DNA from: Nemertoderma westbladi
Taxonomy: Eukaryota; Animalia; Xenacoelomorpha
Direction of reading: 5' to 3'
DNA length: 64,000 nt
Assembly (NCBI GenBank): GCA_032718475.1
Contig: JAUCBJ010001037.1
Location: 29,675 to 93,674 of the forward strand
Both the position numbers and the translations under genes were made by a program. The notes under the pieces were generated by a model that made no database searches, had not been told where the DNA came from, and worked only from the letters and a program-made list of their open reading frames with translations. Each line of letters opens with the position of its first letter. Position 1 is the first letter of the stretch. Shown in pieces: positions 40,201 through 52,200 of the stretch.

Positions 40201-43200
40201 TTAGTTAGTATGTTAGATCGGGTCTCCGATTATAGGAGGTTAGTTAGTTAGTATGTTAGATCGGGTCTCCGATTATAGGAGGTTAGTTAGTTAGTATGTT
40301 AGATCGGGTCTCCGACTATAGGAGGTTAGTTAGTTAGTATGTTAGATCAGGTCTCCGATTATAGGAGGTTAGTTAGTTAGTATGTTAGATCGGGTCTCCG
40401 ACTATAGGAGGTTAGTTAGTTAGTATGTTAGATCGGGTCTCCGATTATAGGAGGTTAGTTAGTTAGTATGTTAGATCGGGTCTCCGATTATAGGAGGTTA
40501 GTTAGTTAGTATGTTAGATCGGGTCTCCGATTATAGGAGGTTAGTTAGTTAGTATGTTAGATCGGGTCTCCGATTATAGGAGGTTGTTAGTTAGTTAGTA
40601 TGTTAGATCGGGTCTCCGATTATAGGAGGTTAGTTAGTTAGTATGTTAGATCGGGTCTCCGATTATAGGAGGTTAGTTAGTTAGTTAGTATGTTAGATCG
40701 GGTCTCCGATTATAGGAGGTTAGTTAGTTAGTATGTTAGATCGGGTCTCCGATTATAGGAGGTTAGTTAGTTAGTATGTTAGATCGGGTCTTCGACTATA
40801 GGAGGTTAGTTAGTTAGTATGTTAGATCGGGTCTCCGACTATAGGAGGTTAGTTAGTTAGTATGTTAGATCGGGTCTCCGACTATAGGAGGTTAGTTAAT
40901 TAGTATGTTAGATCGGGTCTCCGATTATAGGAGGTTAGTTAGTTAGTATGTTAGATCGGGTCTCCGATTATAGGAGGTTAGTTAGTTAGTATGTTAGATC
41001 GGGTCTCCGATTATAGGAGATTAGTTAGTTAGTATGTTAGATCGGGTCTTCGACTATAGGAGGTTAGTTAGTTAGTATGTTAGATCGGGTCTCCGATTAT
41101 AGGAGGTTAGTTAGTTAGTATGTTAGATCGGGTCTCCGACTATAGGAGGTTAGTTAGTTAGTATGTTAGATCGGGTCTCCGATTATAGGAGGTTAGTTAG
41201 TTAGTATGTTAGATCGGGTCTCCGATTATAGGAGGTTAGTTAGTTAGTATGTTAGATCGGGTCTCCGATTATAGGAGGTTAGTTAGTTAGTATGTTAGAT
41301 CAGGTCTCCGATTATAGGAGGTTAGTTAGTTAGTATGTTAGATCGGGTCTCCGATTATAGGAGGTTAGTTAGTTAGTATGTTAGATCGGGTCTCCGATTA
41401 TAGGAGGTTAGTTAGTTAGTATGTTAGATCGGGTCTCCGATTATAGGAGGTTAGTTAGTTAGTATGTTAGATCGGGTCTTCGACTATAGGAGGTTAGTTA
41501 GTTAGTATGTTAGATCGGGTCTCCGACTATAGGAGGTTAGTTAGTTAGTATGTTAGATCGGGTCTCCGACTATAGGAGGTTAGTTAGTTAGTATGTTAGT
41601 GTTAGATCGGGTCTCCGATTATAGGAGGTTAGTTAGTTAGTATGTTAGATCGGGTCTCCGATTATAGGAAGTTAGTTAGTTAGTATGTTAGATCGGGTCT
41701 CAGATTATAGGAGGTTAGTTAGTTAGTATGTTAGATCGGGTCTCCGATTATAGGAGGTTAGTTAGTTAGTATGTTAGATCGGGTCTCCGATTATAGGAGG
41801 TTAGTTAGTTAGTATGTTAGATCGGGTCTCCGATTATAGAAGGTTAGTTAGTAGTATGTTAGATCGGGTCTCCGATTATAGGAGGTTAGTTAGTTAGTAT
41901 GTTAGATCGGGTCTCCGACTATAGGAGGTTAGTTAGTTAGTATGTTAGATCGGGTATCCGACTATAGGAGGTTAGTTAGTTAGTTAGTATGTTAGATCGG
42001 GTCTCCGACTATAGGAGGTTAGTTAGTTAGTATGTTAGATCGGGTCTCCGACTATAGGAGGTTAGTTAGTTAGTATGTTAGATCGGGTCTCCGACTATAG
42101 GAGGTTAGTTAGTTAGTGTGTTAGATCGGGTCTCCGACTATAGGAGGTTAGTTAGTTAGTATGTTAGATCGGCTACTATTGTTGCTGAATTCTATTTATA
42201 ATCGCAGGCGGGAACGGAATGGCCGTTGGATGGAGACACATATTTGGCACTCCAAACGGTTCCACATGACTAAACAATGGGGGTTTAAACTTCCTTATAA
42301 ACCAACAGATAAAGGTATCCGCTCTATATATCGATCGTTATCCAACTACTCAGTTGCTATGGTAAGTCACTAATTCATTATCAGGGGAAGTGCAAAACTT
42401 GATGTAAAGTAACTGTAAAGTAACTCAAACTGTAAAGTAGCTGTAAAGTAGCTCTATGCTATAGGATATTCCTACCCTTTTGTTATCCATTTAAACGTAG
42501 AGAAAATGTTGGTAAATAACGCGAATAACGAAAATATTGGAATTATTTTACACCAAAGACCAAAATATTGGATACCACAGCTATGCAGTTTCTCTGCGGG
42601 ATGTTTCCGTTTCTGTGTGGTTGTCGCACAAAGTAGAACATTAATAATGATTTCAATATCACAATATCGTACTTTTTTTTCTCCGAATGTAATTTTTCGT
42701 GGAAGAGTTGAAGAGTTTCTTAATTGGAATTTAACTATATTTTTTACAGGATATGTCGTATTATAGAACGTTAGAGTTAACCGGAGCTCACAACGACATT
42801 GTCGATACGTTGAGTAGACTGACATCGTCGAGTGTTTGTCTGCCGGTCCACTCGCAGACATTCGTACAAGGCCAGCGTTACGGGAGGACAATCCTCTACA
42901 AGTCGGACTGCTACCCGGCCCAATGCATCGGCCCAATATCATTCCTATGGAAACCGTCGGAAAACAGCCAGTCACGTAAGTACCGGTAACTAGTCAGGTA
43001 GAACGTTGGGGTCATGGAATTAAACAATTACAACGTTGTAATTCTGGAACCTTTCGCTAGCTAGCGTTATTATTAGCTAGTTAATTATATTTATATGTAG
43101 TTTTGTACATTTTAATCCTTGTTGTATTACCTACATAAAGTAACATATATATTATGACATTTCTTCACTGAGCCATGTAAGGAAGTCAACTAGATAGTAA

Positions 43201-46200
43201 ATGTTTTGTGTGATTTTCGTAAGTAATATAATTATGATAAATGATCCCAATTATGTCCCAAGGAAATTATAACCTCAAAAAAACGATCGCATTTTACATG
43301 TTAGCCTATTCCGTACAGATAAACTTATAATGAAATGCGGAGTAGGAACTCCCATCTGCACTTTATGGTCATTTCCACATATTATTTAGTCACATCTTAG
43401 TCAGTTGATTATGTATAATGTTTAATTTTTGGGATATTTTTTTCCTATTATGATAAAATTACAAAAAGTTGTCGCTCAGTTTAGCCCACGAACCTCATTT
43501 ATTTTCAAGATATTACCCGCATTGCGATCTTGCCATATGTTATAAATAATTACCTATTGATGATAAAGCTCTCAAAACATTTACTATATTCTCCCTTACA
43601 AGGTACAATGCGTTATCTTCCGGACGTTTAATCCCCGATAACATTTGAAAAAAATAGCAAATACTATAGTAATATATAAAAAGTTTGGTGGATCTGCACT
43701 AGTACCCATTCAATCTTCAATGTACTAAATTCTACTAGAGTCGCCATATTACAATGTTATGTCTATACATAAATTATTTACTAGTAACCAATAATGTAAC
43801 AATATTCAGTCGCTCATGAACCTTGAACACAAAGCACAGGATGTCTATTAATGTAAGGTATGGAATGAAAACACTTCCAAGTCGCCCATATCGCAAACAT
43901 TACCTCCTGGAATATTATTTAAAATGCGACAAGAACGAGCGAGTCAGTTTCTATAATGTTCTAGAATTCCCTCAACAAGACAATATCAATTCAGTGACTC
44001 GGGGCATTACTGAAAATGAAACTTTGGAGCAGCTGAACAATCATACATCTACTACAGTCGTTGAGATACAAAATAATATCAGTCAGCCAATGGCGGAGCA
44101 GAATGTACTAGTTGATGCTGGAGAGGACAGGAATTCTCGTCCAATTAGGAAGCCGCATGCGCACAGTCGAGTATCACACGTCGCTTACACAGTACCTGAT
44201 TTATTATTAAATCTTTGTTCTATTTTGTTATACATTCTTCATGTTTGCGTTGACTTATATTTAGCGTTTGCGTACCTATATGGCAGACATTATTTATACT
44301 TCGCTATAACTTGCTCACTAATATATACTTCTTCCCTTTTGGTGCAATCTGTCAGTTTCTATTGGTTTCGCCAGGACCAAAAACTTACACCATCTAATAA
44401 CCAACTAGATAAAGATGGAAAACCATCAATTTTGGGTCGCATTACGCAGAGCCAACCACGTGACGTATTGTACGCGCGGTTCCGTTCCCACTCCGTTGCA
44501 AAATGGTATATGATGTTTATTATTTTATTGCACGTTTGTCAGTTGGGCGTTGTTTGGCGTCACGTAAAGGTAATGTACTACGGAGTGCGTTCCAGGTCTG
44601 GGGTATGCGATAGCAAATGGATGGAGGTTCGGTCTTTAATTTATTTTCAGGACGTGGCGATGTTACAAATGTTCCAATCATTTTTGGAGGCCGCCCCGTT
44701 GTCTTTGCTACAGATGTACATAAAGTTTTCGCAAAAGATCTCCCATGTTGATGAAGCCACCACCGCATCAGCTGTTGTTTCCTTTTGTTTTATTTCGCTA
44801 TCTCTCGCGAATTATCACCGCGCCGTTCGTGTTTCTATACCCGGTAAAGTCGAACTAGGGTATGTCGGCATCGTTCTACTATTCTTCTGGCAAGTATTCG
44901 CTATCTCCTCTAGGGTTCTGGTTTTTTCTCTACTTTTTTCAACGTTCGGCTATGGAGTTTTCTTGATTGTCGGTTTCCACTGGGTTGTTATGACAGTGTG
45001 GGTTGTTTCTGATGACACGAAGTATTGTTCCTCTTATGTAAGTGATCCGGAACACCGCAGTAAACGCCCCAATAAACGCAATAAACCCTGGAAGCCGACT
45101 TTGTGTACCGGCGTTTTGGAATTTTTTTTCGATGCTGCGATTGGATTTGTGCAACTATTTTGTTGGTTTAACGTAAAAGAAGGTTCAACTAAGCACAGAA
45201 TAGTTTATTTTTATTTAATAATGTTTATTGAGAATCTCATATTGATAATAATATGGTTTATGTGGTCTGATAAAGCGATACAGTACAAGACCCATATGTT
45301 TATCTGCGTTATGATCGCTCTTCCGATTGGGATCACCTTTATGATTATCTACTACAGTTGCTTCCATCCGAAAAGACGAGGAAATTATTGAAATCGTTAA
45401 AGGACGTGCATAATACTGAATTATGTTGAAAATATTGTGTATATTGACTCAAAATAATGTAATATATATCTTTATTAAATATACTAGAAAGCCAGTGGCC
45501 CTTCGGGCCACGTCTTTCTAGTTCACAAGCCTATTCACCATAATAACATAATAACACATAATTCTGTAATTAATTAATTAACTTAACTTAACAAAACGTC
45601 ACATGATTGAGTGTTCTCTCAAACAAAAGTACTGAAGCTATTTTACTACATACTACTACGTACAACATAAGTCTTGTTGTATATAGTAAATGCCTACCAA
45701 GTATCATTTCCAACGAATTACAAAATAGTACACATATGGAAAAAGGTTAACGGCCACGGCTTTCTAGTTCAAAAGCTTCTATACAGCCAATCAATCAATG
45801 GACAATATCAAACATAAATAACTTAATTAATTAACTTAACAAAACTTTACATAAGACTAACAGACTGATCCCGTTTTAGTTGCAGCTACATACAATAATA
45901 AACATAAGGCTTTATGTTGTAGTAGATACCTTCCAAGTAACACCTCCAATGGATTACAAATAATAAAATGGGAAAAGGTTTAAACTCTGTGTAATATTTT
46001 CCCCTTAGTGGAAAACTGTATAACTGCAGAGTAGTGGTTAGCGTCCTCGCAAACATAACCTATAGTGCAGTAGGTCACTGCAGCAACTCTATCGTATTAA
46101 AATGGAAGGTTTTAATTTCAGACATTTCGCCCCCTAGTGGCAGACTGCATAAATCTGCACTGGTTAGCGTCCTCCCCAAACACGAAGACTATGGTGTAGT

Positions 46201-49200
46201 AGTCCTCTGCCAAGTGCCAAGTATCAGCAAAAAAGCATTCATAAACAACAAAATTGTAGGTTTCCTCTTTCAGACATTTCATCCCCTAATAGCGGTAGAC
46301 TGGGGAACTGTAGACGATTCTGTGACTCCGTAAAGATACAGCCTATGCTGTAGTAGATGCCTACGAAGTTTCAGTCCAAACTGATTTTAAATAACAAAGT
46401 TGAAGAATATGTTCACTTCCAGACATTTTGCCCTCTAGCGGTAGACTGTGGAATTGTAGAAGACACTGCGACTCCGTAAAGATACAGCCTATGGTGTAGT
46501 AGATAGCTACCAAAGCATTAAAAACAACCAAATGAGATCAGGTTTTCACTATCGGACAATTCGCCCTCTAGCGGCGGATGGGGGAACTTCAGACGGCTCT
46601 GAGTATTACTTTGCAACGAGTTTGGGCGAGACCTTTCTAACAAGCTATAGTAATCAAGATTTCATGGAGATGGGTTTGATTGTATAGCCGATGGAGACAG
46701 GGGGGGAAACTGGACGCAAATCCCATCTTGGCGAATTAATATCCCGCCTCAATGTTAAATTCTCAATTTAGGGAAAGGAGAAGGTTACAGTGGCACGTTA
46801 TTTTAACCAAAACAATAAACTAACACAATAGAACAGGTTACAGTTTTATTTTTGAGAGTAATCAGCTTTTATTTGCGTCGAATTTCCCCTGGAGAGGGAT
46901 GAATTTTTATTGCGCCGAAAGTCACCCCTATCTGAGCCGATGATAAACACACACACAGACCAGACAGATTATAATTGATATGTATATTTATTAGATTTTA
47001 AATGTATGTATAATATTAGATAAAATAATAATACAGTAAGTAGGCCTACAGAAATTATCACTTTTAATATTCAGAACAGTAAAATAATAAAAATAATAAA
47101 CCTCTCTTTCCACGCAGCCATTATTGATTGAGAAAGCAGAATTAGTCTTGGACAGTTCGCAACAGACAACCCACCCCAATCAACACTCCAGCCTGGCTTG
47201 CTCCTTATCTGTGCCCAGCCAGCTGCGAGTTCAATAATTACCTAACGTTGCTATGATACAGAAAACAATCCTTCCCTATTCAATACCAATAGGCCAATTC
47301 GATCGTGCTGGGCGAATATGACATATTTATACACTATTTGATTTTTGATCAATAAATAATCATACATATTTATATTAAACACTCGAATAAAATAAAAACT
47401 TTGTGAGAATGGGACACGGCGAATCTACCCATGTTAATTTTATACCAGATGGGATAAATGTTAGCCCTCTAAATCATTAATTACCGATAGAAGAACCGAA
47501 ATAATTCGATAAATTTCGCCCGAACGAACACAAAATACGCATTCACGCAAACAAACGTGTAAAATTAGCCTCTTTTGAGTTGAATGTAATCCAATAAATT
47601 AAGAATTTATTACATTAACATTGTGTTGTGAAATTATTGGAATATCTGATTGTTTTTTTATTATTTAGGATCAGATAAACCGACGCAGTATAAAGCAACG
47701 AGCGGACAATCGGCCTGCCAACGGAGTCAGAGTGTCGGTGTAGGTTCAGGGACCGAATTAATAACCTGCGATTCCGATAAACCCGGTTCCCGCAAGGTGG
47801 CGTCGCGTTACAGAGGGGCACCTATTATAGTGAGGCGACGGGTTCCTAGGCAAGGTTGGGTAGACCCGTCAGATGGGTCACCTCGGGTGTTGTGGGTCTG
47901 GGTCCACCCGTCAACCCGGGAAGCCGTGCAGTCCGAGGTGGCAGCTGTTGCTAGGCGACTGGCCAACTCCGTCGTCGTTAGGGACATCTCCTCCCAGTTG
48001 TGTCTTTTACACGTCCGGGGTCCGCGGGCGTTGCACGTGCTGCGCGACGCGCTGCGTCTCCCGGGGTCAATGACCCCGGAGCCGGGTTTGGCGGCGGATA
48101 GACGCCGACTCCACGTGCCGCCCAACCGTCGCCAGCGGTGGGCGGCCGCGTTGCAGAATCGCACCGCTAAGGGGCTAAGTCTGGCCGGGAAGAAACGCAT
48201 CGCCTTCCCAACGGTGGATCCTTCAAAGTCGCCGTTGCCAAAAAAAAGTTTCACGAGCGATTGGAAGGAGGTTAGTGACGTAACAAAAAAATTGTCAGAG
48301 GATGTTGACTTTGGTCCTGGAATGAAAGGAGTTCAAGAAATTATGGCGAAATTTGAATTGAAAAAGAAACGCCGGAAAGACGAAATTGAACGTCAAAAAA
48401 AGCAAAAGCAATCGCTACTTGTGATAAATAGTGAGAGAGTTGTAGTGAATGATACAGACATGTTGAACAAGTTGAAATATACCGTAGAAGAAACATACGA
48501 CATTGAAACAGACGTAGTTAAACCAGATCGACAGTTGGTAGAGATACAAGAAGATAAAAATGTTGTGATTGTTATATCTGATGAATCTAATGAAGTACAG
48601 GAAACAGTACCGAGTGCACGAAAGGAAGTACCGCTGGAGGTCCCAGTGGAGTTAGAGTTGGAAACGTTGAATAATGACGAGGAAATTATTGATTACAACG
48701 TTCTTGAGTCGGATACCTCTCTTGAGTCGATGTCTGATGACTATGAGGTTCTTGATGAAGTTGATAGCAGTGGTAGCAAAGATGATCTATTTCGGGAGGT
48801 TTCTCCATTGGAGGTTTTAGAGGAAATATGTAGCCCGGATAATGACTATAGAGTTCTAGATGAGATTGTAGATTCTTCTTCCGATGAAGTTCCTTCAAAT
48901 GGGCTCTATGATCTTACCTCGCGGTCTTCTACTGAATCGCTTGCAATCATATGCAGTAAGGAAAGCGACAGTACTAGATCGGGAAAATTGAAAACACATA
49001 CAAGGGATAGAGTTAGTATTCCTGCAAACGTAAAGGCAATTGATATGGTTGATGTCCGTACAAAAGTACAGTCAAAAGATAGAGCTGATATTCCATCAAA
49101 AATACTGAGAGAGAAACGAGTTGTTATTCCTCTAACAGATGTCTGTGATTTTCCTACACAAGATACAAATGTGGTTGAATTGAACAAATTTCAGGGTCTT

Positions 49201-52200
49201 CCGTCTTTAAAAGAACCTAAGCTTCTATTGGTTGAACGTGAACGTAAACGTGAACTGATAACTGAACGTGAACCCCATGAATCCAAGAGGGGGATTAGAA
49301 ACACGGGGTGTCACATTTCTCCAGAAGTACCGAGTGACGTTCATCAAAAACAGATAAAGGAACCGAAAAGGGACATCGGGAAGCTTATTCCGATCCACAC
49401 GAAGGATATTTCAGCAAGAAAACTGGATGATCTCAGTATTTCGAGAGCAGCTGGGTGTAGTAAAGAAATGGGTAATGAAGACGCAAAGGAATGCAAAGGG
49501 CACACAAGAGTTAGTTTTAGTCAATCTACCGATCTTTTAGGAGTCAAAAGTAAAGGAATGGTGGATTCCGCAGCAACGAAAACTAAAGAACGCGGCAGGG
49601 CTAAAGCCAGTATTGCACAAGATTTTATAAAAACTAGTAAAGGTATGGTTGATACTAGAATACACAAAGAAGATTCTACAGATGATCCTTGCTTGAAGGA
49701 CCATTTGAATCGTGGTGATGGGGAGTCAGATAAACGTACGGTACAGCGTAAAGATAGGAGTCATCTTGCAATAGATGAACTTAATGTATGTATTGTTGAT
49801 ATTGATGATATTATTGTGGCTGAGCAAACAGTACAACTACAAGGTATCAATAGTGATGCCACTGAAACTAAAGGATTAGATTCTATCGTTGGTAGTCAAA
49901 AGGATCATGTTGAACATAGTTACTCAATATCCTCCGATCCCGTGGACAAAATTATTGTTGAGAAAACTGTTTCTGACAAGTTCAAGAACACTGTTAACGA
50001 GCGTAAGTTTCGAATTCAAGCAAAACGTGTATCGCAAACCCGAAAGTCACCAGTGGACCAATCAACCACACCACCGGCAAAATCTTCACCACGGTCTCAA
50101 TTGAATATACCACATGTGCCACTGACTGAAGCGGATGTTCAACCACCTCCCGCACCATCAGTTGGTGGTAAGAAAGTCATAGTTATGGTCAGAAAAAAAG
50201 ACGTTCCTAATGTTGAAGTGATCAAAAATGTTAAAAGTCAACATCCACAATTGTCTTTATTGCCAACGGCGAATACCATTGACATCTCTAGAAGTTTTGA
50301 ATCGATGGCTGATGTTGGTTCTGGTAAGGATGCGGTTGAACTTCTTGAATCTATTTCTGGTGACACTGTGAGCTCAAGGGGTAGAAAGAGAAAGTCCCAG
50401 ACTGATAGTGTTGTATCTGCTAAGATAAATGTTTCGCCATCTTCAGAACTGAATTCGCCTCCATCAAGGCGGTCTACTAGGTTAGCAGTGAAGACCCTAA
50501 CACCCCTTGGGTTAAGTTCGGGGAAGTTAGAGTCTAGAACACCGTCACCAGCGAGTTCCAAATCAACTGCTGTAACTGGAAGAAGTTCATCAGCGGGATC
50601 CAAAGCGCCTGCAAGTTCACCAATTAAAAAAGGTAGACGTGTTTGCGAGTCACCGACGGATGGTAGGCGTCAAACAAGGTCTACTACGAGCCACACATTG
50701 TCCTACAGAGAAGGTCCAAGTCAACTAAACGAGGACCCCAATCCAAGTTGCCACGACAACGTCCAACGGGCTTCACGATTTCCCGACAATTCCGACTCTG
50801 ATGGGAGTTTCGTTGGGAGTAGTCCTCGTAGCTTCCAGTTGCATTACGCCGAGAGCAGTCCCAAACTCAACTACGGGAGTAACCACGGTAGTGAAGACGA
50901 TAGCATAGTCGATCCGTTTTATGCTGTTACCGGTCTTAAAAGTGTCAAAAAGAAAATTAAGTTAATCACTAAAAAACCCATTATCGAAAAGGTGAAGAAA
51001 GTTTCAAAGACTATTGTAAAACCTGAAGAAGACACTGTGAAGATTGGTGAAGGTAACAGTGTTACTCACTCTGAAATTAGATCTGGTTTATCAACATCAT
51101 CTGCGGCTCAACTTTATCCTGCACCGCTAAATACACCTTCAGAACAAACTCCAAAATCAAACATAACAAGCACCCACTCTTCCCAACCTCCATTTACTGG
51201 GTCTCACATCATCGACCAATGTTCTACTTCCGGTGTTTCTGTTAACGCGTCACAGAGTATCTCTGGCAGAGGGATGCCTGTCGGGGGTCCACTACCTAGA
51301 AAAACCAAACGCCCCCCTAACGCCAACTACAAATGCGACTTCGAGATGCGGAAGAAATGGCCTTCGATAGTACCCGGGAAGGGCGGTAAGGGGTTTGTGT
51401 ACCGCAATGCTGTCATGGACGCGGTATTGGATCTTTACTCTGGTAAGAGTAGCCAATGGGAGCTCAACAGGTACCTCCAGATCGTTGCTTGTTTGGGTGC
51501 AGGTCCAGGAGAATGGAGAGCCAAACCACCGCCGCTTATTCAGACAGGTTAGAGTTGGTTGACTTTGACACAAGTGATTTAGTGTCAGTTGTAGATGTAT
51601 TGGGTTGTAGTAGTGTAAGTGATTTAGTGTCAGTTGTAGATGTATTGGGTTGTAGTAGTGTAAGTGATTTAGTGTCAGTTGTAGATGTATTGGGTTGTAG
51701 TAGTGTAAGTGATTTAGTGTCAGTTGTAGATGTATTGGGTTGTAGTAGTGTAAGTGATTTAGTGTCAGTTGTAGATGTATTGGGTTGTAGTAGTGTAAGT
51801 GATTTAGTGTCAGTTGTAGATGTATTGGGTTGTAGTAGTGTAAGTGATTTAGTGTCAGTTGTAGATGTATTGGGTTGTAGTAGTGTAAGTGATTTAGTGT
51901 CAGTTGTATAGATGTATTGGGTTGTAGTAGTGTAAGTGATTTAGTGTCAGTTGTAGATGTATTGGGTTGTAGTAGTGTAAGTGATTTAGTGTCAGTTGTA
52001 GATGTATTGGGTTGTAGTAGTGTAAGTGATTTAGTGTCAGTTGTAGATGTATTGGGTTGTAGTAGTGTAAGTGATTTAGTGTCAGTTGTAGATGTATTGG
52101 GTTGTAGTAGTGTAAGTGATTTAGTGTCAGTTGTATAGATGTATTGGGTTGTGTAGTAGTGTAAGTGATTTAGTGTCAGTTGTAGATGTATTGGGTTGTG

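Noticed and set aside
13734-42172. CRISPR-like array, prokaryotic RBS array (AGGAGG..ATG in each unit), or synthetic construct (BsaI site GGTCTC in each unit)
   Set aside because: There are no unique spacers and no cas genes, and the context is eukaryotic and intronic. The motifs derive directly from POP1 exon 5 codons and the donor site.
13758-42172. Interstitial telomeric repeat
   Set aside because: The internal run is (TTAG)n within a 43-bp unit, not (TTAGG)n or (TTAGGG)n.
47650-51552. Standalone 1300-aa gene
   Set aside because: It has a non-ATG start and contains internal POP1 motifs with phase-matched splice sites, so it is treated as a POP1 exon.
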